Shown here one piece after another: positions 18,255 to 27,929 of a stretch of 64,000 nt of DNA (position 1 is its first letter; every line of letters begins with the position of its first letter). Made by a program: the position numbers and the translations under genes. The DNA is taken from positions 22,753 through 86,752 of the forward strand of contig CAMOFK010000001.1 in the NCBI GenBank assembly GCA_946613265.1. Direction: 5' to 3'. The notes beneath the pieces are model-generated. The model was not told where the DNA came from and did no database searches. It saw only the letters and a program-made list of their open reading frames with translations. Source of the DNA: an uncultured Verrucomicrobiota bacterium. Lineage in GTDB: Bacteria > Verrucomicrobiota > Kiritimatiellia > RFP12 > UBA1067.

Positions 18255-19381
18255 AAGTCATGCAGCTAGTGCCTGCGATGGAGCAGGGGGGCGTCGAGCG
18301 CGGCGTCGTCGAGATGAACAGAGCGTTCGCCGCCGCCGGCTGGCGCAATGTCGTCGTCTCCGCCGGCGGGAGGCTGGCGCAGCGCATCGTTGACGATGGC
18401 CAGCGCCATGTCGAGCTTGATGTGAAGAGCAAGAATCCTCTCACGTATTTTTCGCGCGTCCGCGCGCTCGCCAAGCTCGTCGCGGCCGAGCGTCCGGATG
18501 TCGTGTGCGCCCATTCCCGCGTCCCGGCGTGGTTGTATGCGGGCGTTCTTGCGCGCCGGCGCGCGCCGCGGATTCCGTGGATCACATTCGCTCATGGGGC
18601 CAATTCCATTTCGGCGTATTCGCGGATAATGACGCGCGGCGATTTGACGGTCACGCCCAGCCGGTATATTACCGACTACCTGATCGATGCGTACGGCATA
18701 GCCGAAGACAGGATTCGCACGATCCCGCGCGCAATCGACCGCGAGCGCTTCGACCCCGCGCGTCTCGATGCCGCGTTCATCGCCGCGAAGCGCGAAGAGT
18801 GGAAAACCGCCTCGCGCAAAGTCGTCATGGGTGTCGGCAGGATAACGCAGCTCAAGGGCTATGACGTGCTCATGCGCGCCGTGGCGCTCCTGCCGGAGAA
18901 TTTCATGCTCGTGATCGTTGGCGAAGCCGAGGAATTGCGCAGCGGCGTGGAAGACGGGTTGCGCGCGCTCGCGGCGGAGCTTTCGCTCGGCGGGCGCGTT
19001 GTATTCGCCGGCAATCAGCAGAAGATAGCCGAATGCCTCGCGATCGCCGATGTCGTCGTCTCATCGAACATCCGCAAGCCAGAGGCCTTCGGGCGCTCCA
19101 TGGCCGAAGCGCTCGCGATGGACAGACCCGTCGTGGCCAAGGCTTTCGGCGGCGCGCTCGATATTATAGAGCCTGGCGTCAATGGCGAGTTCGCGGACGG
19201 GGATTCTCCGGAGGATTTCGAGCGGGCGATCGAAGCGGCCGCGACAGCAGGCTACCGCGGAATGCGCGAGGCGGCGCTGGAGAAATTTTCGTTCGAGCGC
19301 ATGGTCGCCTCGTCGTTGGCGGTGTACCGCGAACTGGCCGGCGGCGATGCCGGAAATGCGACAATCGCAAATCCCGGCTGA
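18251..19381 (+). CDS. GT4 (GT-B fold) glycosyltransferase
   Basis: MKVMQLVPAMEQGGVERGV... with the C-terminal EAFGRSMAEALAMDRPVV (the E-X7-E region). Its ATG overlaps the upstream stop (ATGA). This fits an LPS-core-type context next to the LpxL-like gene. Confidence 0.85.
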   Translation: MKVMQLVPAMEQGGVERGVVEMNRAFAAAGWRNVVVSAGGRLAQRIVDDGQRHVELDVKSKNPLTYFSRVRALAKLVAAERPDVVCAHSRVPAWLYAGVLARRRAPRIPWITFAHGANSISAYSRIMTRGDLTVTPSRYITDYLIDAYGIAEDRIRTIPRAIDRERFDPARLDAAFIAAKREEWKTASRKVVMGVGRITQLKGYDVLMRAVALLPENFMLVIVGEAEELRSGVEDGLRALAAELSLGGRVVFAGNQQKIAECLAIADVVVSSNIRKPEAFGRSMAEALAMDRPVVAKAFGGALDIIEPGVNGEFADGDSPEDFERAIEAAATAGYRGMREAALEKFSFERMVASSLAVYRELAGGDAGNATIANPG

Positions 19382-19415
19382 ATGGAAAAGCGCATGCGCC
19401 GGGTGCGTGGAAATA

Positions 19416-19424
19416 TGCTATAAT
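19416..19424 (+). promoter_or_regulatory. Extended -10 promoter (TGCTATAAT) for argG
   Basis: ggAAATATGCTATAATAtgagg, 35 nt before the ATG at 19460. Confidence 0.7.
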
Positions 19425-19459
19425 ATGAGGCTGTTTTCGATGAGAAAGGAAATTGGAAG

Positions 19460-20692
19460 ATGAAACTGGAAGATTTGTCTGGCAAGACGGTCGGCGTCTG
19501 CGTAAGCGGAGGCTTGGATTCAAAGACGATTTGCTGTGTTTTGCAGGATGCCGGCGTGAAAGTCAAGGCGTTTTCTGCGAACGTCGGCCAGCCTGACGAA
19601 GTCGATATCAACGACATCAAGAAGAAGATGGCGCCTACCGGCGTCGATACCGTCATTGTCGATGTGACAAAGGAAATGGCGGAGATTTGCTTCGAGACGG
19701 TGAAGTGCCAGGCGATGTACGACGGTGGCTACTGGAATTCCACCGGTATCGCGCGCGCCGTCACTGTGAAGGCGCTGCTGCCGGCGATGAAGGCGGCGGG
19801 ATGCGTGGCGCTCGTGCATGGCGCGACAGGCCGCGGCAACGACCAGATGCGTTTCGAGCGCTATACGAACGTGCTCGATCCCGACTTCGGGGTGTATGCG
19901 CCGTGGCGCGACGCCGAGCTTCTGAAGCGTTTCCCCGGGCGCACTCAGATGGTGGATTTCCTCGCGCAGCGCGGCATCGTCGCGTTTGCCGGCACGAAGA
20001 AGAAATATTCGACCGACGCCAATCTCGCAGGCCTTTCCCATGAAGCCGAAGATCTCGAATCGATGGAGACGTCGATGAGGATCGTCAAGCCTACGATGGG
20101 CGTGTGGCCGGAGCAGGCGCCTGACGCCGTCGAGAAGATCATCCTCAAGTTCGAGAAGGGCAGATGCGTGGCGATCAACGGCAAGGCGCTCTCGCCCTAC
20201 GAAGTCATGCTGGAAGCGAACAAGATCGGCGGGCGCAACGGGATCGGCATGAAGCATGCGCTTGAAAACCGCATCATCGGCACAAAGTCGCGCGGCGTTT
20301 ACGAAGCGCCGGGAATGGAAGTGCTATCCTGGGGTTTGAAGTACATCTACGAAGGCATCATGGATCGCCGCTCCACGCTCCTGTTCCAGCAGCTCTCTAA
20401 GCTCGTGGCCGACCAGATCTACGATGGCCGCTGGTTCGATCCCGCCACGCAGGCGGCACGCGCCGCGATCCAGGTCTGGGCGGACAAGGCAACTGCCGAA
20501 GTCACGCTCGGCCTCTACAAGGGCAATATCTTCTTCGAGAGCCTCAAGGGCCTGAAAGCGACAATCTACAACGAGGCGGATTCTTCCATGGAGGCTTCCG
20601 ACGGACTCAATCCGCACTCCTCGCAAGGCTTTGCGGAAATACAGTCTGTCGAAGCGAAGATGCTCGCGAAGGCTGGTCAGATCAAGGGTTGA
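19460..20692 (+). CDS. argG: Argininosuccinate synthase
   Basis: 410 aa. ATP-PPase motif VCVSGGLDS, then HGATGRGNDQMRFE and ENRIIGTKSRGVYE. Confidence 0.95.
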   Translation: MKLEDLSGKTVGVCVSGGLDSKTICCVLQDAGVKVKAFSANVGQPDEVDINDIKKKMAPTGVDTVIVDVTKEMAEICFETVKCQAMYDGGYWNSTGIARAVTVKALLPAMKAAGCVALVHGATGRGNDQMRFERYTNVLDPDFGVYAPWRDAELLKRFPGRTQMVDFLAQRGIVAFAGTKKKYSTDANLAGLSHEAEDLESMETSMRIVKPTMGVWPEQAPDAVEKIILKFEKGRCVAINGKALSPYEVMLEANKIGGRNGIGMKHALENRIIGTKSRGVYEAPGMEVLSWGLKYIYEGIMDRRSTLLFQQLSKLVADQIYDGRWFDPATQAARAAIQVWADKATAEVTLGLYKGNIFFESLKGLKATIYNEADSSMEASDGLNPHSSQGFAEIQSVEAKMLAKAGQIKG

Positions 20693-20817
20693 GCCGCCGT
20701 TCCGGCGGCGCGGCGCGTCTTCCCCTCCGCAGGACGGCGCGCCACGCCATCGAATCCCGGTGCGCGGATGCGAGAGGTTGGTTTTTGAAAGCGATGCGAT
20801 TTTGGCGCAGGAAGAAA

Positions 20818-21465
20818 ATGGAAGAAGAAAAGATTAAAGACGCAGCGGCGGAGAATGCCGGCGAGGCGGCTCCTGCCGCAGGCGAAGCTCCAGGAAATCC
20901 CCCCGGGGAAGCGAAGACAGCCGAATCCGGCGGCGAAGCGGCGGCGGAAAATGATGCCGCCGGCACCGGCCAGGAGCAGGGAACGAACGCCGCCGCCAAG
21001 CGGCAAAAGCCGGAGCAGGCCGCAGCCGAAGCGCCGGCCGCGCCCGATTGGAAAGACTTGTACGCGCGGCTCATGGCGGACTTCGACAATTTCAAGAAAC
21101 GCACGGCACGCGACCGCGAAGAGACGTATCGTTTCGCCGAGGCGGATATCATCGGCGATATTCTCCCTTCCGTCGATAATCTTGCACTCGCTCTCGACAA
21201 GGCCGGGAACAAGGAAGATCCGTTTGTGAAGGGCGTGCAGCTGGTTTACGATACGCTTCTCAAGTCTCTCAAGGATCATGGCGCGGAGCCGTTTGATTCC
21301 GTAGGTCTCGAACTCGATACCGGGAAGATGGAGGCGATCGCCACGCTGCCCTCGGATACTGTTGCCGAGGGCAAAGTGTCGATAGAGTCGAAGAAAGGCT
21401 GGATGCTGAAGGACAAGGTCCTGCGCGCCGCGCAGGTCGTCGTCTCTTCCGGCAAGCAGGCGTAG
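20818..21465 (+). CDS. grpE: Nucleotide exchange factor GrpE
   Basis: Start at MEEEKIKD (AGGAAGAAA upstream). An acidic, Ala-rich N-terminus is followed by [18 protein letters not shown]...[12 protein letters not shown]...G..FD...MEA. Confidence 0.9.
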   Translation: MEEEKIKDAAAENAGEAAPAAGEAPGNPPGEAKTAESGGEAAAENDAAGTGQEQGTNAAAKRQKPEQAAAEAPAAPDWKDLYARLMADFDNFKKRTARDREETYRFAEADIIGDILPSVDNLALALDKAGNKEDPFVKGVQLVYDTLLKSLKDHGAEPFDSVGLELDTGKMEAIATLPSDTVAEGKVSIESKKGWMLKDKVLRAAQVVVSSGKQA

Positions 21466-21505
21466 AAACAATAGGACGCGCGCGCTTTGGCGCGTCGCAA
21501 AGAAG

Positions 21506-22687
21506 ATGGCAGAAAAGCGAGATTATTACGAGGTCCTGGGCGTGGCGAAGACGGCCACGGCGGATGAAATCAAGTCCGCCTACCGCAAACTCGCCATGAA
21601 GTACCATCCAGACCGCAACCCCGGCGACAAGGTCGCCGAGGAGAAGTTCAAGGAAGCCGCGGAAGCCTACGACGTCCTTCACGATGCCGAGAAACGCCAG
21701 CGCTACGATCAATTCGGCCATAAAGCTTTCGAGGGCGGCGCAGGCGGCGGATATGGCGCAGGCGGCATGAGCATGGACGACATCTTCTCCATGTTCGGCG
21801 ATTTGTTCGGCGGCAGGGGCGGCGGCGGTTTTGAAGATTTCTTCGGCGGCGGGCGCGCGAATCGTCGCGAAGATCCCAACGCTCCGCAGCGCGGCGACGA
21901 CATGACTTTCCGCCTCGATATCGATTTCGACGAGGCGGTCTTCGGCTCCGAACGCACGATTGACATTACTTTGCCGGCGCAGTGTGATGAATGCGGCGGC
22001 ACGGGCGCTGCGAAAGGATCGCGCCGCACCACATGCCCCACCTGCCATGGCACGGGAGCGGTGATTTCCGGCGGCGGCTTTTTCCAGATTCGCCAGTCTT
22101 GCCCGCGGTGCGGTGGCGAAGGTACGATCATTGAAAAGCCGTGCAGGAAATGCCGCGGCACGGGGCATGTCACCAAGCCCCAGCATATCGCGCTCAAGAT
22201 TCCGCAAGGCGTCGATTCCGGTTCGCGTCTTCGCTTGACAGGCAAAGGCGGCGGCGGAGTGCGCGGCGGCGAACCCGGCGACCTCTATGTCTTGATCGGC
22301 GTTCGCGAGAGCGAGATATTCAATCGCCAGGGACTGGATCTCGGTGTCGATGTGCCCGTCTCGCCGATAACCGCGGCGCTCGGCGGCACGGTCGATGTCC
22401 CTACGCCGGACGGCATGGCGCAGTTGAAGCTTCCCGCAGGCACGCCGAACGGCAAGGTCTTCCGGCTGCGCGGCAAGGGCGTGAAGTCTTTCCGCGGCGG
22501 CGTCGGCGATCTGGCCGCGCGCATCGTTTTCGAGGTGCCCGTCTCTCTTGGCAAGCATCAGCGCGAGCTTCTCGAGCAGTTCCAGGCGAGCGTGGATTCG
22601 GCCTCATTCCCGCAAGCGCAGGATTTTGCGCGCAGGGCGCGCACGTTTTTCGCTCACAAGGAAAAGCTTGAAGCGAAGAAAGGGTAG
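21506..22687 (+). CDS. dnaJ: Molecular chaperone DnaJ
   Basis: J domain with [10 protein letters not shown], a G/F-rich linker, and four CxxCxGxG zinc-finger repeats ([32 protein letters not shown]). Confidence 0.96.
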   Translation: MAEKRDYYEVLGVAKTATADEIKSAYRKLAMKYHPDRNPGDKVAEEKFKEAAEAYDVLHDAEKRQRYDQFGHKAFEGGAGGGYGAGGMSMDDIFSMFGDLFGGRGGGGFEDFFGGGRANRREDPNAPQRGDDMTFRLDIDFDEAVFGSERTIDITLPAQCDECGGTGAAKGSRRTTCPTCHGTGAVISGGGFFQIRQSCPRCGGEGTIIEKPCRKCRGTGHVTKPQHIALKIPQGVDSGSRLRLTGKGGGGVRGGEPGDLYVLIGVRESEIFNRQGLDLGVDVPVSPITAALGGTVDVPTPDGMAQLKLPAGTPNGKVFRLRGKGVKSFRGGVGDLAARIVFEVPVSLGKHQRELLEQFQASVDSASFPQAQDFARRARTFFAHKEKLEAKKG

Positions 22688-22710
22688 GAGGGAATCAGAA
22701 TTTGTCCGAC

Positions 22711-22794
22711 GCACCCGTGGTGAAATGGCAGACACGCCGGATTTAGGTTCCGGTGCCGCGAGGCGTGAGGGTTCGAGTCCCTCCGGGTGCACCA
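22711..22794 (+). tRNA. tRNA-Leu (anticodon UAG), CCA encoded
   Basis: Acceptor GCACCCG/CGGGTGC. Anticodon arm CCGGA-TTTAGGT-TCCGG. Long variable arm (TGCCGCGAGGCGTGA). T arm GAGGG-TTCGAGT-CCCTC. Terminal ACCA. Confidence 0.93.
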
Positions 22795-22924
22795 ATCGAT
22801 GACTGCGACGAATGCGCGTGCGAAGATTTGCCGTCTGCCGAATCCATGCACGCGCTTCAGGCGGCGGCGCGATGGCGCGCTTTCCCCCCAGTCTCCACAG
22901 CGAATCGAAAACCGGCAGGGTAAA

Positions 22925-23197
22925 ATGGAAAAGGCGATAATTACAGTAGTGGGCAAGGATGCAGTTGGCATTCTCGCGAAAACCTGCACGTATCTCGCGG
23001 AGGAGAGGATCAATATTCTCGACATCTCCCAGACGGTCGTGCAGGATTATTTCAACATGATGATGATCGTGGATCTGGCGAAGTCGGCCGTCCCGTTCGC
23101 AAAGATAGCGCAGGATCTCTCTCGCCTTGCAGGCAGGCTCGGCATGGAAATCCGGATTCAGAAGTCTGAAATCTTCGAGAAGATGCATCGCGTATGA
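22925..23197 (+). CDS. ACT-domain protein (UPF0237 family)
   Basis: 90 aa, [37 protein letters not shown]. It overlaps the downstream UPF0210 gene (ATGA), which is the conserved UPF0237/UPF0210 pairing. Confidence 0.85.
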   Translation: MEKAIITVVGKDAVGILAKTCTYLAEERINILDISQTVVQDYFNMMMIVDLAKSAVPFAKIAQDLSRLAGRLGMEIRIQKSEIFEKMHRV

Positions 23198-24558
23198 TTA
23201 CGATCGGCGAGGTTCTGGAAACGAACAAGATGATTCTCGAAGAGAATCTCGATGTTCGCACTATCACGATGGGCATAAGCCTCCTCGATTGTGCGCGCGG
23301 CACGGTCGCCGAGACTTGCGAAATGATCTACGCAAAGCTCATGCGCCTTGCGGAAAATCTCGTGAAAACCGGCGATGATATCGGCAGCGAGTTCGGCGTC
23401 CCCGTCATCAACAAGCGGATATCCGTCACGCCGATCGCCATCGTCGGCGCGGGCTGCTGCAAGAAGCCGGCGGATTTCGTGCGCATAGCGAAGACGCTGG
23501 ACAAGGCGGCGAAGAAGCTTGGCGTCAATTTCATCGGCGGATATTCCGCGATCGTCTCGAAGGGGATGACGAAGGCAGACGCCTTGCTCATTCGCTCCAT
23601 TCCCGAAGCGCTCGCCGCCACGGAACACATTTGCTCTTCCGTCGTCGTCGGCTCCACAAAGACCGGCATCGACATGGACGCCGTGAGAATGATGGGCGAA
23701 ATCGTCAAGGCGACGGCTGAGCGCACGGCCGCGAAGGATTCGCTGGGCTGCGCCAAGCTCGTCGTCCTCTGCAATGCGCCGGACGACAATCCATTCATGG
23801 CCGGCGCGTTCCACGGCGTCAGCGAAGCGGATGCCATAATCAACGTTGGAGTATCCGGCCCCGGAGTGGTCAACCACGTTCTGAAGTCGATCCGCGGCGC
23901 AGACTTCGAGACGCTGTGCGAGACGATAAAGAGAACGGCGTTCAAGATTACGCGCGTCGGCCAGCTCGTCGCGCAGGAAGCCGCCAAGCGTCTTGGAGTG
24001 CCGTTTGGCATAATCGATCTTTCGCTCGCGCCTACGCCCGCAGTCGGCGATTCCGTTGCCGATATTCTCCGCGAGATCGGCCTCGAGCATCCCGGCGCGC
24101 CGGGCACGACCGCCGCGCTCGCGCTCCTCAATGACCAGGTGAAGAAGGGCGGCGTCATGGCGACGAGCTATGTCGGCGGGCTTTCCGGCGCTTTCATACC
24201 CGTCAGCGAAGACCAGGGAATGATAGATGCAGTGGACGCCGGCGCGTTGACGATCGAGAAGCTGGAAGCGATGACGTGCGTATGTTCCGTCGGACTCGAC
24301 ATGATCGCCATACCCGGCGACACCCCCGCATCGGCGATTTCCGGGATCATTGCCGACGAAGCGGCGATAGGCATGGTGAATCAGAAGACGACGGCCGTGC
24401 GCGTTATTCCCGTCATCGGGAAAACAGTCGGCGACACGGTGGAATTCGGCGGCCTGCTTGGCCATGCGCCGGTAATGGCCGTGAACAAGTTTTCTTGCGA
24501 GGCTTTCGTGTCGCGGCGAGGCCGCATTCCCGCTCCAATTCACTCCTTCAAGAATTGA
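23194..24558 (+). CDS. UPF0210 (DUF711) family protein
   Basis: 454 aa. N-terminal [20 protein letters not shown] and overall length are typical of UPF0210. Confidence 0.88.
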   Translation: MITIGEVLETNKMILEENLDVRTITMGISLLDCARGTVAETCEMIYAKLMRLAENLVKTGDDIGSEFGVPVINKRISVTPIAIVGAGCCKKPADFVRIAKTLDKAAKKLGVNFIGGYSAIVSKGMTKADALLIRSIPEALAATEHICSSVVVGSTKTGIDMDAVRMMGEIVKATAERTAAKDSLGCAKLVVLCNAPDDNPFMAGAFHGVSEADAIINVGVSGPGVVNHVLKSIRGADFETLCETIKRTAFKITRVGQLVAQEAAKRLGVPFGIIDLSLAPTPAVGDSVADILREIGLEHPGAPGTTAALALLNDQVKKGGVMATSYVGGLSGAFIPVSEDQGMIDAVDAGALTIEKLEAMTCVCSVGLDMIAIPGDTPASAISGIIADEAAIGMVNQKTTAVRVIPVIGKTVGDTVEFGGLLGHAPVMAVNKFSCEAFVSRRGRIPAPIHSFKN

Positions 24559-24565
24559 TTGCGCG

Positions 24566-25054
24566 ATGAAGCCTACGTTTGCAGTTCTCGCGATCTCCGC
24601 GCTTGTGGCGTCAGCCGCTTTCCCTTCCACGCCAGAATACGGCGGCGCGGATTTCTTCGCGCTTGATCGCTGGTTCTGCGGCGCGGCCGGTTCGCTCGCG
24701 CTTCCGCAAGGCGGCGCGGAGCCGCGGCGCGCCGGCGGCGGTGCCGTTCGCGCAGGCTACTATCTGAACGAGTTCTGGGCGTTGGAGGCGGAAGGCTCGC
24801 TTCTGGAAAACCAGCAGGTTCTCGGGGGCGATGTCCTCTGGCACTGGTGGGGCTACGAGAGGCTGGATCCTTTCTTTACGTTCGGCGCGCGCTGCTGGAT
24901 CGGCGCGGATTCCGGCCCGTCAGGCGGTTTGGGGACTTTCTACCATCTCGACGATCACTGGTCGCTTAGATTCGATGTGCATTCGACGCTTGGCGTCGAA
25001 TCCGGCGCTTCGATGATATACCAGTTCTCTTTCGGCGTCCAGCGCAGTTGGTGA
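24566..25054 (+). CDS. Small outer-membrane beta-barrel-like protein
   Basis: 162 aa. Signal peptide MKPTFAVLAISALVASAAF, alternating aromatic/Gly-rich strands, and a C-terminal YQFSFGVQRSW aromatic terminus. Confidence 0.55.
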   Translation: MKPTFAVLAISALVASAAFPSTPEYGGADFFALDRWFCGAAGSLALPQGGAEPRRAGGGAVRAGYYLNEFWALEAEGSLLENQQVLGGDVLWHWWGYERLDPFFTFGARCWIGADSGPSGGLGTFYHLDDHWSLRFDVHSTLGVESGASMIYQFSFGVQRSW

Positions 25055-25079
25055 GTCTATCGAGGGAGCGTTGTTTCAC

Positions 25080-25862
25080 ATGAAAGCTCTGGAAGAAATT
25101 CTTGATGAAGTACGCGGGAAAATCGCGGCTGCGGCGCATCGCGCCGGACGCGATCCTTCCGAAATCGAAATCATCGCCGTGACGAAGACGCATGGCGAGG
25201 ATGTCGTGCGCGAAGCTCGCGATGCCGGCCTTTCGATCGTCGGCGAAAACAAAGTCCAGGAAGCGATGTGGAAGAAGGCGCAGTCTCCCGGCGGCATCGA
25301 ATGGCATCTGATAGGCCATTTGCAGAGCAACAAAGTGCGGCATGCCCTCGAGACTTTCGACTTCATCCATTCGGTCGATTCCATCAAGCTCGCCGATCGC
25401 ATTCAGTCCGTCGCCGAGGCGATGGGTGCGCGCGTCCGCATTCTCCTCGAAGTCAATGTCTCCGGCGAAAAATCGAAGAGCGGGATGGCGCCCGGCGCGG
25501 TTGGCGCCGCGATCCGCCATATCACGGAGCGATGCCCGCGCATTACTCTCGAAGGCTTTATGACGATGGCGCCTTTTTCGGAGAATCCCGAAGATGCGCG
25601 CCCGTATTTCCGCGCCCTTCGCGAATTGCGCGATGCGATGGAGCGCGAATTCGGCGCGCACTTCCCGCGCCTTTCCATGGGCATGAGCGGCGACTACGAA
25701 ACAGCGGTCGAAGAGGGCGCAACGTGGGTACGTTTGGGCACCGTCCTTTTCGGCGAGAGGCCGCGCATCAAAACCGTGCGCGCCCAAGCCGATGACGATC
25801 CAATCGGCGGCGGGCTGGATTCATATTCCGGCGCCGGCCCGACAGTGCGCATCCTCGATTGA
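25080..25862 (+). CDS. yggS: YggS-family pyridoxal-phosphate homeostasis protein
   Basis: IIAVTKTH (PLP lysine), FGENKVQE-like VGENKVQE, WHLIGHLQSNK, LSMGMSGDY. It has a C-terminal extension of about 30 aa. A TTG at 25071 is an alternative start. Confidence 0.9.
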   Translation: MKALEEILDEVRGKIAAAAHRAGRDPSEIEIIAVTKTHGEDVVREARDAGLSIVGENKVQEAMWKKAQSPGGIEWHLIGHLQSNKVRHALETFDFIHSVDSIKLADRIQSVAEAMGARVRILLEVNVSGEKSKSGMAPGAVGAAIRHITERCPRITLEGFMTMAPFSENPEDARPYFRALRELRDAMEREFGAHFPRLSMGMSGDYETAVEEGATWVRLGTVLFGERPRIKTVRAQADDDPIGGGLDSYSGAGPTVRILD

Positions 25863-25939
25863 CCCTAAACCGAAGGCTCTCCCGATGTCTTGCGGGCGCG
25901 GGGAGGAGCGGTAAAACCTCGAAGGTGTCGCCTTTTCAA

Positions 25940-26085
25940 GTGATACCTATCGCCCTTGCAAGTGATACCTATCGCCCCTGCAAGTGATACCTATCGCCTC
26001 ATCAAGCGATACCTATCGCCTCATCAAGCGATAGGTATCGCTTCGTCGAGCGATAGGTATCGGTCAGGGAGGGGATAGGTATCGG
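25940..26085. repeat. Array A: seven 22-bp-phased units, each a 14-bp palindrome G(T/C)GATA-CC/GG-TATCG(C/G) plus an 8-bp spacer
   Basis: The GATACCTATCG cores start at 25942, 25964, 25986 and 26008. The GATAGGTATCG cores start at 26030, 26052 and 26074. The period is exactly 22 bp. The array is intergenic. Confidence 0.95.
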
Positions 26086-26283
26086 TTTAATGGGCGACGC
26101 CTGTCACGACGCCGCCGGTACCTGCCGTTTTAATGATTCTTTCTGGCTGTTATGTCTAAAAATCAGCGGGAAGGAGCTGCACTTTTCCCCCTTTAGACGC
26201 GCAAGGCGAGCGGCCGTGCCGAGACAAGTCAAAAAACGGGCAAACTCTAGTATTTTCCCCCATGGAAGGGGGAACGCTGGTTA

Positions 26284-26292
26284 TGGTATAAT
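26284..26292 (+). promoter_or_regulatory. Extended -10 promoter (TGGTATAAT) upstream of the LMW-PTP gene
   Basis: gttATGGTATAATAcgc. It is followed by an AT-rich leader of about 115 nt before the ATG at 26415. Confidence 0.65.
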
Positions 26293-26414
26293 ACGCATTG
26301 ATGCCAAAGTATGCGTTTCATAAGGAGAAATAAAGGAAGTGTCTTCCGAAATGTTGCGACACTACATATCGTGCGAAACCCAAATAATACACATTTTGAA
26401 ATACTCCACAAAAA

Positions 26415-26870
26415 ATGAAAATACTTTTTGTTTGCCACGGGAACATATGCCGCTCGCCGATGGCCGAGTTTGTCTGCCGGCATATTCTCGCCCGCGAAGG
26501 CGTGGATGATGTGCAGGTGGAATCGGCCGCCTTGCACAATGATGAAATCGGCAATGACACCGACTCGCGGACATTGCGCATATTGCGTCGCGAGGGCATT
26601 CCTTTCTCGCCGCGCAGAGCATGGCGTCTCACAAGGGCAAAGGCTCTTGATTACGATTTGATTGTCGGCATGGACGGCGAGAATATGCGCGACCTGCGAA
26701 ATATTTTGAGCGAGGCCGATCCGCCGCGCGTCTGCACGATGCTGTCGTTTCTCGGTCGTCCCGGGGAGTCTGTCGCCGATCCTTGGTACACCGGCGATTT
26801 CGAACTGACGTACAGGCAGATCGCCGCTGCATGCGAGGCGCTCGTCCGCCAACTCTGCGCCAAGCCATAA
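26415..26870 (+). CDS. Low-molecular-weight protein-tyrosine (or arginine) phosphatase
   Basis: 151 aa. The P-loop VCHGNICRSPMAE (CX5R-S) is at the N-terminus and the DP motif (ADPWY) is near the C-terminus. Confidence 0.9.
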   Translation: MKILFVCHGNICRSPMAEFVCRHILAREGVDDVQVESAALHNDEIGNDTDSRTLRILRREGIPFSPRRAWRLTRAKALDYDLIVGMDGENMRDLRNILSEADPPRVCTMLSFLGRPGESVADPWYTGDFELTYRQIAAACEALVRQLCAKP

Positions 26871-26871
26871 G

Positions 26872-26898
26872 CCGTTCGCACTCCGAACGGCGTTTGCG
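26872..26898 (+). terminator. Hairpin terminator candidate between convergent genes
   Basis: GCCGTTCG-cactc-CGAACGGC followed by GTTTGCG. The U-tract is weak, so confidence is only moderate. Confidence 0.5.
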
Positions 26899-26988
26899 TC
26901 TGCAAAGGCAAGGCTTCCCATCCGCGCATGGATAAGCCATTGTCAAAGCCAGTTGCCTTCAGAAGCCCCGGCAAGGCGCTGCGCGATG

Positions 26989-27807
26989 TTACGGCTGCTT
27001 TATTTTCATCGTGTAGCCGTTGAATTCGTGGGTGTTGTAGAGCGGGGCGGAATCATCCACGCCCAATCCCATTGCCTTGCGAATCTTCAAGAAATCCTTG
27101 ACGCCTTTCTCGCCGACTTGCTGAACGCGAGCGCCATGCCCGGAGGCAAGCAGCAAAACCTGACAATAGGCGTCTGCATTCTCCGCGAACCATTCCGCTT
27201 CTTCGATATCGCGACCGCCGCAGACAATGCCATGATTCTCCATAAAGACTACATTTCCCTTTTTCGCGGCTTCTGCGACGCTTTCGGCCACTTCATCCGT
27301 GCCAGGCGTCGCGTACGGCGCGATCGGAATCTGGTTCAGGAAGATATCCGCTTCGGGATTGATGCCGTTGGGCGGCACGATGCCGGCGAAGACGAACGCA
27401 TTGCAATGCGGCGGGTGGCAGTGCATGCAGGCGTTCATCCCAGTGGCTTTCATCATCGCAATATGGACTTTGACTTCGCTTGTGCGCGGGCGGTAGCCGC
27501 AGAGTTGTCCGGCGTTGAAATCGACTAGGCATATATCTTCCGGCTTCATGAAGCCCTTGCAGCAAAGCGTCGGCGAGCAGAGAACGAGATCTTCGCCGAC
27601 GCGCACGGATAGATTTCCGCCATTGCCGTCGGTGTAGCCCTTGTTGTATATGCGCCGCCCCATCTCGCATATCTGTTCTTTGACTTTGGCGATTTCGGGA
27701 GAGGCAAAAAATGCGTCAAGCTCTTCGCGCGTCTTGGGTTGCGGGCCGTTTTTCCAATCGTAGGCGCGATCGACGAGCGGCGGGTTGATGTAAAGTGTGC
27801 TGTCCAT
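26989..27807 (-). CDS. Class II aldolase/adducin-family protein (fuculose/rhamnulose-1-phosphate aldolase-like)
   Basis: 272 aa. NGGNLSVR, TSEVKVH and CMHCHPPH are zinc-ligand His-type motifs of class II aldolases. It sits adjacent to the GH95 fucosidase. Confidence 0.82.
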   Translation of the reverse strand: MDSTLYINPPLVDRAYDWKNGPQPKTREELDAFFASPEIAKVKEQICEMGRRIYNKGYTDGNGGNLSVRVGEDLVLCSPTLCCKGFMKPEDICLVDFNAGQLCGYRPRTSEVKVHIAMMKATGMNACMHCHPPHCNAFVFAGIVPPNGINPEADIFLNQIPIAPYATPGTDEVAESVAEAAKKGNVVFMENHGIVCGGRDIEEAEWFAENADAYCQVLLLASGHGARVQQVGEKGVKDFLKIRKAMGLGVDDSAPLYNTHEFNGYTMKIKQP

Positions 27808-27813
27808 GGAAGT

Positions 27814-27822
27814 ATTATATCA
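27814..27822 (-). promoter_or_regulatory. Extended -10 promoter (TGATATAAT) 6 nt from the aldolase ATG (leaderless configuration)
   Basis: The reverse complement reads cataAATATGATATAATacttccATG. Confidence 0.7.
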
Positions 27823-27929
27823 TATTTATGCGCGGTCATGCCGTGCGAGTTGGTGTGTGCGACCTATTGGCGAGATTCGGCCGGCCATGATGCCGGTGAA
27901 GCACGAAGAGGCATAGTGCCGGCAGGCGA

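Noticed and set aside
20693-20817. CIRCE/HrcA operator or sigma-32 promoter upstream of grpE-dnaJ
   Set aside because: No TTAGCACTC-N9-GAGTGCTAA inverted repeat is present. Only a weak TTTGAAA with no matching CCCCAT-type -10 was found, so no call was made.
22711-22925. Genomic island or prophage integration next to tRNA-Leu or tRNA(CAU)
   Set aside because: No integrase, no direct repeat of the tRNA 3' end and no compositional break were seen. Flanking genes are ordinary housekeeping genes.
25940-26085. CRISPR array interpretation of the 22-bp repeat arrays (also 57287-57432)
   Set aside because: The repeat is only 14 bp and the 'spacers' are 8 bp and conserved between units. There are no cas genes in the window. 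The exact 22-bp period with palindromic cores fits protein-binding or hairpin arrays, not CRISPR.
25940-26085. Array A as the two abutting ends of a Tn7/Mu-like mini-transposon (4 forward plus 3 inverted 22-bp transposase sites)
   Set aside because: Only the central dinucleotide (CC to GG) flips between units 4 and 5. The spacers do not invert convincingly. There are no terminal TGT/ACA ends and no flanking target-site duplication. Array B has all units in one orientation.
26090-26323. 77-aa ORF in the lower-GC stretch after array A
   Set aside because: It has no RBS or promoter, runs across the consensus promoter at 26284, and shows atypical composition and no domain signal.
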